A stretch of 20,000 nt of DNA from an uncultured virus (IMG/VR IMGVR_UViG_3300035539_000076) (Duplodnaviria > Heunggongvirae > Uroviricota > Caudoviricetes): IMG/VR virus record IMGVR_UViG_3300035539_000076; one strand, 5' to 3'. This document shows, one piece after another, positions 6,076 to 14,690 of this stretch (positions within the stretch are counted from its first letter, which is position 1; each line of letters starts with the position of its first letter). A program made the translations under genes and the position numbers. Below the pieces are notes generated by a model, which worked only from the letters and a program-made list of their open reading frames with translations, searched no databases and had not been told where the DNA came from.

Positions 6076-6678
6076 ATGATAAACAATGAATTTATAAAAA
6101 CAGCTGCAGGAACTAATTATTTGAATTATTATGGAAATCAAATGACAGAGCCTGTCAATATAAGAGGAATATACCATAGTGATGAAGATGAAGATTTAAT
6201 GAGAACAAATACGTCTCAAGCTTTGTCTTTGGAAAATCAAAGTAGAAAAAAGAAGAAAAAAGGTGGTGCCGTTGGAGGGGTAACTGGTGCTGTCTTAGCC
6301 GGGGTGCCAACAATAGTGGCTGTGGGAAATGAAAAGGGCCTTGGAGCTGGGCTCGCTGCTGGAGGCGCTGCTGGTGCTGCTGGAGGATTGCTAGGCTATT
6401 TTACAGGCAAAAAGGTTAGCGGCAATAAAGAGAAAGAAAAAGCCAATAATTATAAGCAAACTAATACAATTAATTATGTTGGAATAGTAGATAGGAATTA
6501 TAAGAAATCAAATCAAGATAAAAATAAAATGCCTATTCCTAGAATAGAAGGCAATGAAAAGAATAGAAATTTAACAAAACAACACCATCAATCTGCTATC
6601 AATATGGCTGAATTATTTGGGAAATTAGATGGATTAAGGGCACAATATAATCTACAGAATGCCCCCAGCCAAATATAA
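6076..6678 (+). CDS. Glycine-zipper protein (200 aa)
   Basis: GGAGG RBS at 6063-6067 favours the ATG at 6076; paired Gly/Ala helices follow a poly-Lys stretch. Confidence 0.8.
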   Translation: MINNEFIKTAAGTNYLNYYGNQMTEPVNIRGIYHSDEDEDLMRTNTSQALSLENQSRKKKKKGGAVGGVTGAVLAGVPTIVAVGNEKGLGAGLAAGGAAGAAGGLLGYFTGKKVSGNKEKEKANNYKQTNTINYVGIVDRNYKKSNQDKNKMPIPRIEGNEKNRNLTKQHHQSAINMAELFGKLDGLRAQYNLQNAPSQI

Positions 6679-6714
6679 TGTATAGGTAAAAAAAGAGGGC
6701 ATTGCGCCCTCTTA
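6679..6714 (-). terminator. Terminator between convergent genes, with ACCTATACA tail
   Basis: GAGGGC-GCAAT-GCCCTC-T7-ACCTATACA on the minus strand; the same hairpin recurs near 7011 and 7396. Confidence 0.8.
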
Positions 6715-6715
6715 A

Positions 6716-6988
6716 TTAATTTCTTTCTAAAAAATTGTTAATCTCAGCTGTTAATCCTTCCATCCTTTGCTCTTCTTCATATGTTATATTATCAAAAATG
6801 TAATTGTATAATTTATCAAAATCAACTTTATATTCTTCATCATTATCAGTTTCATTTTCTAAAGCTATCAATATATCAGATTTTAAGTTCAATTTATAAA
6901 TATTGACTGTGTCACTATTGCCATTCTTGAATTGTTCAATTTCTTTATTTATTTGTTCATCTATTTCTTTTAAAGTTTTCTCTGCCAT
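6716..6988 (-). CDS. Acidic hypothetical protein (90 aa), paralog of 7042..7374
   Basis: AGGAGG RBS favours the ATG at 6988 (MAEKTL...); shares EI..FKN, L.LK.DIL and YK.DFD.L with its neighbour. Confidence 0.85.
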   Translation of the reverse strand: MAEKTLKEIDEQINKEIEQFKNGNSDTVNIYKLNLKSDILIALENETDNDEEYKVDFDKLYNYIFDNITYEEEQRMEGLTAEINNFLERN

Positions 6989-7423
6989 GATAACGCCTCC
7001 TATAAAAAAAGAGGGCATTGCGCCCTCTCTTACATTTATAATTAATATCTTTCTCCATTCAAATATCTTTCTACGAATTCATAAATGTCATCACTCCACG
7101 CTTCATAAGACACATCAGTATAAGAATCAACAAAATCAATAAGATCATCAAAATCCATTTTATAATCTAAAGTTGCTTTATCATCTTCATCTTCCATGCT
7201 ACTTATTTCTTCTACCTTTTCTAATATATCTTTTTTTAATGTCAATTCTTCCATTCTTTGTGTGTTGCGATATATCTCTGTTAGAAAATCATCATCTTTT
7301 GTTTCAGCGTTTTTAAATGTTTTTATTTCTTCATATAGTTCTTTATAAGCTTCTCTCAAAGTTTTTTCTGCCATAATAATACCTCCTATAAAAAAGAGGG
7401 CATTGCGCCCCCCTTACATTTAT
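6972..7423 (-). repeat. Duplicated ~67-bp unit (6972-7039, 7358-7423): terminator hairpin + RBS + MAEKTL start
   Basis: ATAAATGTAAG..GGGCGCAATGCCCTC-Tn-ATAGGAGG..TTATYATGGCAGARAAAACTTT in both copies. Confidence 0.85.
7042..7374 (-). CDS. Acidic hypothetical protein (110 aa)
   Basis: ORF with AGGAGG RBS; paralog of 6716..6988. Confidence 0.85.
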   Translation of the reverse strand: MAEKTLREAYKELYEEIKTFKNAETKDDDFLTEIYRNTQRMEELTLKKDILEKVEEISSMEDEDDKATLDYKMDFDDLIDFVDSYTDVSYEAWSDDIYEFVERYLNGERY

Positions 7424-7575
7424 GCTTTTGGATGAACTTCTACAACTAAACCTTGTTGTAATTCTTTAGCTTCTTTTTCAGCTTCTTCTTTTGTATCAAA
7501 TAACTTTGTATCCCCTTGTTCATCGGTTATAATACATATATTATCTTGCCAAAAAGTTTCTAATACTATATACAT
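7420..7575 (-). CDS. Small hypothetical protein (51 aa; not in ORF track)
   Basis: MYIVLETFWQDNICIITDEQGDTKLFDTKEEAEKEAKELQQGLVVEVHPKA; TAATG coupling to the upstream gene; AGGGGTGA RBS. Confidence 0.75.
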   Translation of the reverse strand: MYIVLETFWQDNICIITDEQGDTKLFDTKEEAEKEAKELQQGLVVEVHPKA

Positions 7576-7892
7576 TATTCATCACCCCTTAATTTATTTA
7601 AAAATTCTTCTGGAAGATCATCTATACGATCTTCCGCATATGATGGTGGTTGGTTGGCTATGCAATTGATGTTGTTAAGGTTGAGCATTGAGCATCCATG
7701 CTCGGATATCCCGTAAGTGTATGATACAGTGCCTTCTTCTTCATCTAAAATAATTTCTACTTCACCATAATCGTTGAAATCTTCCACTGTAAAATCACTT
7801 CTGTTATCTAGGTTTGCTTCCTCTATTTTGTCTAAAATATCTTCGTAAACTTCTTCATTAAACATTTTTAATTCGTCTGCTGTTAATTTCAT
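7575..7892 (-). CDS. Highly acidic hypothetical protein (105 aa)
   Basis: ORF packed within the operon, AGGGGG RBS. Confidence 0.85.
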   Translation of the reverse strand: MKLTADELKMFNEEVYEDILDKIEEANLDNRSDFTVEDFNDYGEVEIILDEEEGTVSYTYGISEHGCSMLNLNNINCIANQPPSYAEDRIDDLPEEFLNKLRGDE

Positions 7893-7903
7893 TTTATTAC
7901 CCC

Positions 7904-8326
7904 CTAGTCGTTTGATATCTTTTTTAAAGTGTAACTTAAATTTCTTTCTTTTAATTCACCATACAACACTGATTCTTTTAAACTGCTGATAGCTTCATCC
8001 ATATTAGATCCGTATACATACATCAGTATTGCTTCTCCAGAATCAACTTTAAGACCTTCGATATTCAAATCCGTTTCTACTATAACGGCATATGTTTTTA
8101 CTGTATCGGGGTCAACTATTTCTATTATATCCACATCATCTATGGAAAAGTCTGGGAACTGATCTTTATATTCTAGAATAACGCTTTCTACCTTGTTTCT
8201 AGCATCTTCAAAGTTATCTGCATATATTGTTTCTAAAATAGTTTGGCCGGAGATGGACTCATCTTCATCCAGATGAGCCGCCATAACCCCATGCACCATG
8301 TCTACTACTACACCAATTCTTTTCAT
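7904..8326 (-). CDS. Acidic hypothetical protein with internal two-fold repeat (140 aa)
   Basis: GQTILETIYADNFEDA and GEAILMYVYGSNMDEA halves; GGAGGAG RBS. Confidence 0.8.
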   Translation of the reverse strand: MKRIGVVVDMVHGVMAAHLDEDESISGQTILETIYADNFEDARNKVESVILEYKDQFPDFSIDDVDIIEIVDPDTVKTYAVIVETDLNIEGLKVDSGEAILMYVYGSNMDEAISSLKESVLYGELKERNLSYTLKKISND

Positions 8327-8545
8327 TTAAATCTCCTCCATATCTTTTGTTTGTGTTATTTCTGCAATTTTAATATTACTATCTTCAAAACCAATATGGA
8401 ATTGGTTTCCTTCTTCGTAGAACTTTTCTTTCGCTTCTTCAAAAGAGTTGGCATCTACCATATCCAGTATTTGCATGTTTTCCACAACATTTCCATCATT
8501 GTCCTCAGTATATCCTCCATCAGTGAAGATAACATATTTTTTCAT
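8327..8545 (-). CDS. Acidic hypothetical protein (72 aa)
   Basis: AAGGAGGAG RBS; ILDMVDANSFEEA motif resembles the repeat in 7904..8326. Confidence 0.85.
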   Translation of the reverse strand: MKKYVIFTDGGYTEDNDGNVVENMQILDMVDANSFEEAKEKFYEEGNQFHIGFEDSNIKIAEITQTKDMEEI

Positions 8546-8559
8546 TTTAACTCCTCCTT

Positions 8560-8997
8560 CTAATATATTGATACTACAATTACATTTGTTAAAAGTTTTA
8601 TTTCGTATTTAGCATAATAGTCTCCAAAATACCCCCACATTGGTTTGGGAAATTGACCCATAGTTTCACGATAAGATATTCCTTCATATAATACTTGAAT
8701 TATTTTTTGTTTAAATTCGGAAGAAAAAGGTGCAACCCTTTGTTCTGAAACAAATTTATCGAAATCCTCTGGAGCGGATTGAAGGTCAAATGAGAAATAA
8801 ATTTTTTCATCTTCTTTCATCAATAAAACTTGAACCTTTTTGTTTGCGGTAACATCTGCTACAATACCAAGACCCATATCTTGATATGCAATACCATTAT
8901 TTTTCCAATATTTTAATAACTCCATCCTCAGTTCTTCAGCCGCAAACGCGAACATACTTATCATCAATATTAAAGTTACTACCAATAATTTTTTCAT
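8560..8997 (-). CDS. Secreted/periplasmic protein with signal peptide (145 aa)
   Basis: MKKLLVVTLILMISMFAFA has a basic N-region, hydrophobic core and AxA site; AAGGAGG RBS. Confidence 0.8.
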   Translation of the reverse strand: MKKLLVVTLILMISMFAFAAEELRMELLKYWKNNGIAYQDMGLGIVADVTANKKVQVLLMKEDEKIYFSFDLQSAPEDFDKFVSEQRVAPFSSEFKQKIIQVLYEGISYRETMGQFPKPMWGYFGDYYAKYEIKLLTNVIVVSIY

Positions 8998-9074
8998 ACT
9001 AAATCCTCCTTATTGACTACTGTGTCGTAGTATTCTTTTTTTAAATGTTCTTCATCAATATAAGGTTTCATCAT
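8994..9074 (-). CDS. Mini-ORF (26 aa)
   Basis: MMKPYIDEEHLKKEYYDTVVNKEDLV; AAGGAGGG RBS and ATGA overlap with the next gene. Confidence 0.55.
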   Translation of the reverse strand: MMKPYIDEEHLKKEYYDTVVNKEDLV

Positions 9075-9091
9075 TTTAATTCCCTCCTTTT

Positions 9092-9471
9092 TTACAATAA
9101 GTTATTAATCTCATCCAACACATCTTCGTACGCCCAAAAAACATCATGTTCATTTTCATTTTCTGCAATTTTCTGTAATTTTTCATATTTAGATTTTAAA
9201 TATAGTAATGACTCTTTACCATTTAATTTTTTTGGTAATTGTTCATTTAAATCATTCAATACTTTCGAAACATTTTCAAGTTGCAAAATTTGAGAACTCA
9301 GTATTTGTTCGTTTGTTTTATATCTTTTGAATCTATTTCCATAAGCTATTTCTTCGATCACGTACTCCATTCCTTGACAATAAAACTGTTCTGTTATAGT
9401 TTTAGCATTTTTTTCTTAACTTTTAATTCATCAAATAAATTATTAATTACTTCGTCTTCATCTAAAAACAC
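9092..9471 (-). CDS. Hypothetical protein, apparently frameshifted at an A7 run (9408-9414)
   Basis: RBS and GTG at 9471 start a 25-aa ORF; adding one A joins it to 9092..9370, which lacks a well-spaced RBS. Confidence 0.5.
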
Positions 9472-9493
9472 AACACTATACCTCCTTTAGCCT

Positions 9494-9511
9494 ATTTATA
9501 TTATATACCAA
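9494..9511 (-). promoter_or_regulatory. Variant promoter-like motif TTGGTATATAATATAAAT
   Basis: TTGGTATAT core, intergenic, upstream of AAGGAGG. Confidence 0.6.
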
Positions 9512-9521
9512 CATAAACTGT

Positions 9522-9917
9522 TTAAATACCACATCTTTCTAATATTTCTCTATCTAAATTTTCAAAGAATAAAGATTCATCTGATTGATATACAATTTCA
9601 GGTTCAAGACTTCCAGGCACGTAATCCATATAATCGTCCGTATCAACCCTTTTTAAATTATCTCTTTTTTCGTTTATTTTAGAATAATACAAATCGCCTC
9701 TATATGAATCATTTAACCAGTGCTTTGCAAATTGCAAAATCACCACATTCCCAGTTTCATCTTTCCATTTTGGGAAATTTTTCTTGTTAACAAATTTACC
9801 ATTTGACCATCGTATTTTTCTCTCAATAAGTTTATCTCTAACCCTAAATAATTGTTCTTTATTCCTAATTATCAATGTGAAATCTGATGCTACTATAGGT
9901 GATAGATGTTTTGACAA
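9522..9917 (-). CDS. Hypothetical protein (131 aa, TTG start)
   Basis: AAGGGGG RBS before TTG. Confidence 0.75.
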   Translation of the reverse strand: MSKHLSPIVASDFTLIIRNKEQLFRVRDKLIERKIRWSNGKFVNKKNFPKWKDETGNVVILQFAKHWLNDSYRGDLYYSKINEKRDNLKRVDTDDYMDYVPGSLEPEIVYQSDESLFFENLDREILERCGI

Positions 9918-10231
9918 TTTAATTCCCCCTTTTTTATTTTATTTTCTATTTCACGATATTCATATTGGCGTCCGTTTCCTCTACACCAATGAATATTGAA
10001 TTTTTTACCTTCCGTTATTTCTAGAAGATAACGAGGTTCACTAAAACCTCTTGACTCTGTAATTTTTTTTAATAAGTCCATGGTAATTTCTTCCCCTTCT
10101 TCATCATTTTCGATAAACACAAACCTATCGAAACTCGCAAACTGATCATTTGAATTTGTTTCTTCTGTTTGAGTGTCGATAATTATAAAACCATCGTATT
10201 CCTTAATTTTAGTAACATATGATACATACAT
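9893..10231 (-). CDS. Hypothetical protein (112 aa)
   Basis: GAGGAGGG RBS; first gene after the promoter motif at 10310-10336. Confidence 0.8.
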   Translation of the reverse strand: MYVSYVTKIKEYDGFIIIDTQTEETNSNDQFASFDRFVFIENDEEGEEITMDLLKKITESRGFSEPRYLLEITEGKKFNIHWCRGNGRQYEYREIENKIKKGELNCQNIYHL

Positions 10232-10262
10232 ATTTATTCCCTCCTCGGGTAATCTAAGTTGG

Positions 10263-10282
10263 CCGGGATTATACGCTCCCGG
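10263..10282 (-). other. Hairpin with GCGUAUAA loop
   Basis: CCGGGA-GCGUAUAA-UCCCGG; loop matches 3243-3266 but the stem is different. Confidence 0.55.
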
Positions 10283-10309
10283 TTTTGCGTTTTAACAACT
10301 TAATACTAT

Positions 10310-10336
10310 GTAATGTTAACATATAATATATACCAA
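10310..10336 (-). promoter_or_regulatory. Promoter-like motif, long subtype TTGGTATATATTATATGTTAWCATTAC
   Basis: 27-mer recurs at 13977-14003 and 18739-18765 with one variable position. Confidence 0.8.
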
Positions 10337-10379
10337 AATTATTTATAATTTTCTTCTCCATCTCGATCTTCATACCCCT

Positions 10380-11276
10380 TTACTCATAAAAATCTTCTTG
10401 TGTATACATTTCTTTTTCTTCATTATAAGCGTAACCCCAATCTTCGGCATAGCCTAATTTTCTTTTCTCTAATTCATATAAAAAGGATTGAGGGTTGTCA
10501 TCTAATCCATATTCGTGCATACCGTCGTTATCCCAAACTTCTATCCAAGCATTTTCAATATTATATGTCTCGATTAAAAAAAAGCTTTTTGGATCAAGTT
10601 CAAGAGTTTTCTTTCTTAACTCTGTAAAAATATTGTATGGCGATGTGTGTTTGGTGTCAAAATTCATGTTGAACTCATTACGTTTCAAATTCAAATCTAT
10701 TTCTATATCCCAGCCATAACTATTACCCCATTGCTCATTCATATCTTTATAAATTTCTCTAAACCCTTCATAATATTTTTGATACTTTTCATTGAGAATT
10801 TTGCCATTATTATAGTATTTTTCTATAAACCTATTTTCTGTCATATTCATGATTATTGGGGAGAATGTTTCTTGTGTATCCTTTGAATATAAAAAGAGTT
10901 TTGCTTTATCATATTTAATTTGGTTGATAGATTTTTCTAAATGATTTATTACTTCTTTAGATTCTTTGGTATTTGGTTGGATATTGTTCTCTGCCATAAA
11001 ATTAACTAGACTAATTTTCAAATCTTTGTTATCATATATATCTGCACCCAAATGATCTTCTTCTTCTGAGGTTATAGGTATTATTTTATTGAAATCTAAT
11101 ATCAAAGGATGTTGTTCTTCTACATTGTTCCCATCGAAGTAATGATAATTTCCAATTATAAAATCTTCCCAATAATTGAAAGAAGAAGGAACGGCCATAA
11201 ACCGCTCCTTAAATCTATCAAATGTTTCTTTTGAACTGAATTCTATATTTATATAATTATGAGTTGTAGTTCCCAT
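10380..11276 (-). CDS. DUF1281/YubB (Api92)-like ferredoxin-fold domain protein (about 298 aa)
   Basis: N-terminal HNYINI, LDFNKIIP, EQWG..YGW and FDT...SP..IF motifs resemble this mobile-element family; GAGGTGAG RBS favours the ATG at 11276. Confidence 0.55.
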   Translation of the reverse strand: MGTTTHNYINIEFSSKETFDRFKERFMAVPSSFNYWEDFIIGNYHYFDGNNVEEQHPLILDFNKIIPITSEEEDHLGADIYDNKDLKISLVNFMAENNIQPNTKESKEVINHLEKSINQIKYDKAKLFLYSKDTQETFSPIIMNMTENRFIEKYYNNGKILNEKYQKYYEGFREIYKDMNEQWGNSYGWDIEIDLNLKRNEFNMNFDTKHTSPYNIFTELRKKTLELDPKSFFLIETYNIENAWIEVWDNDGMHEYGLDDNPQSFLYELEKRKLGYAEDWGYAYNEEKEMYTQEDFYE

Positions 11277-11277
11277 A

Positions 11278-11649
11278 TTACTCACCTCTCAATAATGATA
11301 ATATGTGTTCGTCATGTTTTGATTTGTTTGAATCTATATCAACTTTAGTTTCTATCTGATTTTTTAAATCCAACAGTTTATCAATATCTTGTGCTTTAAC
11401 TTGAATCATCAAAATAGTTGTAGGCATTGTTACCTCTAGAGCATATATTTGATCTTTATTCATCGTGAATGTTTCTACTTTCATAGCTCTTTGAATGGAA
11501 TATCTTATTAGCGTTTCACCTGCCATGTTTTCCACAACTAAGCTGTATGGAGATACCCGAAAGTTGTATCCCTCTTCATCATAATTAAAATTGCTTATTA
11601 TAACAGGATCTTTTTCTTTAGTAGTTGTTGTAATAGCTAATCTTTTCAT
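11278..11649 (-). CDS. Hypothetical protein (123 aa)
   Basis: ORF tightly packed in the operon; AGGAG RBS. Confidence 0.8.
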   Translation of the reverse strand: MKRLAITTTTKEKDPVIISNFNYDEEGYNFRVSPYSLVVENMAGETLIRYSIQRAMKVETFTMNKDQIYALEVTMPTTILMIQVKAQDIDKLLDLKNQIETKVDIDSNKSKHDEHILSLLRGE

Positions 11650-12129
11650 TCACATCACTCTCCTATTAATTTTCCTTACATACTCTCTTATCATCTTAAA
11701 ATTAACGAACTTCTTGTCGCCTATATCGAATATATTTACAAGATTCGGCTTATCACCTTCAGTCAATTCATAAAAGGCGTGTGTGCCGTTTAAATCTACA
11801 TAGAGATATCTATCTTCATATAAATGTAATTTAGCTAAATCCATTGCTGTTATTTTCTTTTTGAAAAACTTAGGTGTTATGTTTTGAATTAAATAGTCGA
11901 AATCAGATGGATGCCCGTCCCGTTTAGTTTCTATATAATATGGTATATCAGCTATATCATAACAGGTGAAGTTGATGCTTATATCACCATCTGTTTCGTT
12001 TATTTCTTTTGTTTTAGGCACTTTAAACCCACAAAAATCAATATCATAATTCCTGTTTGAAACTGTTATGCCTCTTTCTGTTCTGGTTATTATACATTTT
12101 CTGTTATTTAATACCAACTTGGTATTCAT
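11650..12129 (-). CDS. Hypothetical protein (159 aa)
   Basis: ORF with AAGGAG RBS. Confidence 0.85.
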   Translation of the reverse strand: MNTKLVLNNRKCIITRTERGITVSNRNYDIDFCGFKVPKTKEINETDGDISINFTCYDIADIPYYIETKRDGHPSDFDYLIQNITPKFFKKKITAMDLAKLHLYEDRYLYVDLNGTHAFYELTEGDKPNLVNIFDIGDKKFVNFKMIREYVRKINRRVM

Positions 12130-12134
12130 TTATA

Positions 12135-12592
12135 TCATCTCCTTTGTATTTTTACTGGGTATTCAATACCTTGGTATTCCCAAGTTTCCTTTTCTTTAAT
12201 TCTTTTCAAATCTGATGATGTTAAATTACCGGAGATTATCACTCTTCCGGATAAATTATGTTCATCTCTTTGCAAGATCAAATTGTCTCTATCCCAGCCA
12301 TTCTCTAACCCATGAGGTACATAATAAACAACATAATCTTTATTTGTTCTATACTGCATGATTTCCAAATAGGCTGGGGCTTCTTCTGGTTCTGTAATAG
12401 TGCATAATAATCTTAGTTCTTCGGCTTCATCTTTCTTTTTCCTAAAAGTCACAACGCCATATTTTTAGCGGTATTAATTATATAGTTCTTATCCAAAAAA
12501 GAATATCCCAGATCGGTTAAATCTTTAACCAACTCGGGGATATCTTGTACTCTTATTTTTGATTTTTTTAATTCTTTTATACTTTTTATCAT
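12135..12592 (-). CDS. Hypothetical protein: either a 47-aa ORF (12449..12592) coupled to 12135..12452, or one frameshifted gene
   Basis: GAGGAGGAG RBS and ATG at 12592; stop overlaps GTG at 12452; one extra A in the A5 run near 12462-12466 would fuse them. Confidence 0.6.
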
Positions 12593-13152
12593 TTTAACTC
12601 CTCCTCAAATTCTACTGGAACTTCAAACTCATCAGAAGGTGTTCCCTGATCTAATTCTATATCCCAAAACAAAACAGCTTGTTTGAATATTTTTCCATCT
12701 TCATCTGTGTATTCAACATCATCCAAATCAACTACATATTGACCTTTTATCGTTGGGTGTGTGATTATTATATCGCTAGGGAAATTATCATCAGTGGCAA
12801 CTATCTTAACTGTTTTTCCTATCATTCTCTCAGGGTCATCTTCTAGTTCTAATAATTGCCCATCAGTTATGTCACTAGTCCTTTTTAATGTGCCGTATAC
12901 TTTGTTATGTTCTATCAAAGATTCTGATATGATTGGGAATAAAGCATCTTTAATTGAATATAAAAGGCCTTCTCCATGCAATGTGAATTCACTGCCATTT
13001 AAATTTGGAGATGTATGAATCTTATTATCTTTCACATATACTTTGATTTCTGATTTGAAAGGTTTTAAGGTTTTAACAACAACTTCTGTAAAACCTTCCT
13101 TTTTAGTTTCAAAAATATTTAAAATTTTCTTTATTTTTCTCACAATAACCAC
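12589..13152 (-). CDS. Hypothetical protein (about 185 aa)
   Basis: Long ORF in the operon; exact GTG start is uncertain. Confidence 0.8.
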   Translation of the reverse strand: MVIVRKIKKILNIFETKKEGFTEVVVKTLKPFKSEIKVYVKDNKIHTSPNLNGSEFTLHGEGLLYSIKDALFPIISESLIEHNKVYGTLKRTSDITDGQLLELEDDPERMIGKTVKIVATDDNFPSDIIITHPTIKGQYVVDLDDVEYTDEDGKIFKQAVLFWDIELDQGTPSDEFEVPVEFEEELK

Positions 13153-13159
13153 CAGCCTA

Positions 13160-13954
13160 TTAATTAATTTTTTTCAAACTGTTTGGACTTATATCGTCCA
13201 TAGGATCTATTACCAATTCTCCATTCCAATCTTCTTCTTCTGTTTTATTTAATTTTTTTGCAAAGTTGTATAGCTCTTCAAATTGTTTTAACAAGTTTTT
13301 CTTTTCAATAAACTTGTCAATAGCTATTTTTTGTCTGAGATTTAAACTAACATTTTTATTAGTACCGATAACATATTTTTCATTTTCATCAAATCCTTCA
13401 ATAGAATAAGTTATAGAATTTCTCCATTCAGTAGATACTATTTTAAAAGTTTTGACATTGTAGTTATTAATATTAAATATCTTTTTTATTTTGTCAAAAA
13501 ATATACTACCTTGATGAATTGAAGTTGGCATTACTTTATTTAACTCAAAGAATCCTTCAACATCTCTTATTTCTACCATTCTTTCACCTTGATCCACAAC
13601 TTTTTTTACCCTAATTTGCATCTTAACTCCTCCTTTTTGTTGAGTTTTCTCATAATATCGGCTTCTTTGTTTCTTTAATTTTTCTTTTTCATAACGTTGT
13701 TTGTCATATTCCCTTTTTTTCTCTTTATATTTCTCATTATATTCCCTTTTTTTCTCTTTATGTTCCTGATAATACTTTTTAGAATATTTCAAAGCATATT
13801 CTTTATGTTCTCGATAATATTTCTTTTGTCTTATCCTTGCTACCTTTTTTACACATTCTTTACAAATGTTTAAATACCCATCAGCTGTTGTCGGATGTTT
13901 GTAAAACTCACTAATGTCCTTAGCTTTATGACATTTTTTACATACCTTAGTCAT
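13160..13954 (-). CDS. Zinc-finger/Lys-Tyr repeat module of the kind found N-terminal to phage HNH/EndoVII nucleases, fused in frame to a 153-aa protein starting at 13621
   Basis: KVCKKC...EFYK....DGY...CKEC, KEKKREY twice; internal AGGAGGAG plus ATG at 13621; no HNH catalytic motif seen. Confidence 0.7.
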   Translation of the reverse strand: MTKVCKKCHKAKDISEFYKHPTTADGYLNICKECVKKVARIRQKKYYREHKEYALKYSKKYYQEHKEKKREYNEKYKEKKREYDKQRYEKEKLKKQRSRYYEKTQQKGGVKMQIRVKKVVDQGERMVEIRDVEGFFELNKVMPTSIHQGSIFFDKIKKIFNINNYNVKTFKIVSTEWRNSITYSIEGFDENEKYVIGTNKNVSLNLRQKIAIDKFIEKKNLLKQFEELYNFAKKLNKTEEEDWNGELVIDPMDDISPNSLKKIN

Positions 13955-13976
13955 TTTACTACCTCCTTTAAAATTA

Positions 13977-14003
13977 GTAATGATAACATATAATATATAC
14001 CAA
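13977..14003 (-). promoter_or_regulatory. Promoter-like motif, long subtype
   Basis: TTGGTATATATTATATGTTATCATTAC. Confidence 0.8.
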
Positions 14004-14016
14004 AAAACTTAATAAA

Positions 14017-14640
14017 TTAATACATAGTGCCACATAATGGGCAGGAATCTAAACTTGCTTCATTTTCAGTTATATTCATACCGCAGGATGGACATTTAAA
14101 ATCGTAAACATCAAGGCCTGCCTCCGAAACGGTTTCTTCAAATAATTCAGGATCTTTACCTCGATTTATAACTGTTAACGATATTAGAAATTGTTGAAAA
14201 TCAAATTTAAGATACATATCATCTGGTGAGTAAAGTTCTAAGATTAGTTTTACACCGTATAATTCACTAAGTGCATATAATCGTTTTTTTATAAATTCTA
14301 TATAGTCTTCAGTAAATAAATAATAATTTGCATAGAATTCAAATAAATATATATTGTCTTCATCTTTTTCTAAATCCACCAATCTCATATCATCATAAAC
14401 TACATCTGTTTTTATTATTTTGATATTTGATATGACAAATTCTAAAAAATAATTCCTGCTTAAAAACTTTATTTCATCATGATCTAGTTTGTTTATTATA
14501 AATCCATCTACTTCGTATTCGCTTGTTGCTATTGCAGCATGAGGTTGTTTGAAATCCTTATCGAACTTTTCCTTACTTTGTTCTTTTCCTTTTACTATTA
14601 ATCGCATTTTATTTGCATTTTTGTCTGTGCTAATATACAT
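14017..14640 (-). CDS. Hypothetical protein with C-terminal zinc ribbon (207 aa)
   Basis: CPSCG...CPLCG at the C-terminus; AGGAGGG RBS. Confidence 0.85.
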   Translation of the reverse strand: MYISTDKNANKMRLIVKGKEQSKEKFDKDFKQPHAAIATSEYEVDGFIINKLDHDEIKFLSRNYFLEFVISNIKIIKTDVVYDDMRLVDLEKDEDNIYLFEFYANYYLFTEDYIEFIKKRLYALSELYGVKLILELYSPDDMYLKFDFQQFLISLTVINRGKDPELFEETVSEAGLDVYDFKCPSCGMNITENEASLDSCPLCGTMY

Positions 14641-14656
14641 TATTATTCCCTCCTAT

Positions 14657-14690
14657 AAAAGAAAAAGGATGCAGTGATTGGCTGCATCCT
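14657..14690 (-). terminator. Intrinsic terminator immediately upstream of the RBS of 14017..14640
   Basis: AGGATGCAG-CCAATCA-CTGCATCCT-TTTTCTTTT then ATAGGAGGG. Confidence 0.8.

Noticed and set aside
2295..7423. Integron-like cassette array with attC sites
   Set aside because: No RYYYAAC/GTTRRRY-bounded imperfect palindromes and no integrase; the units carry their own promoters.
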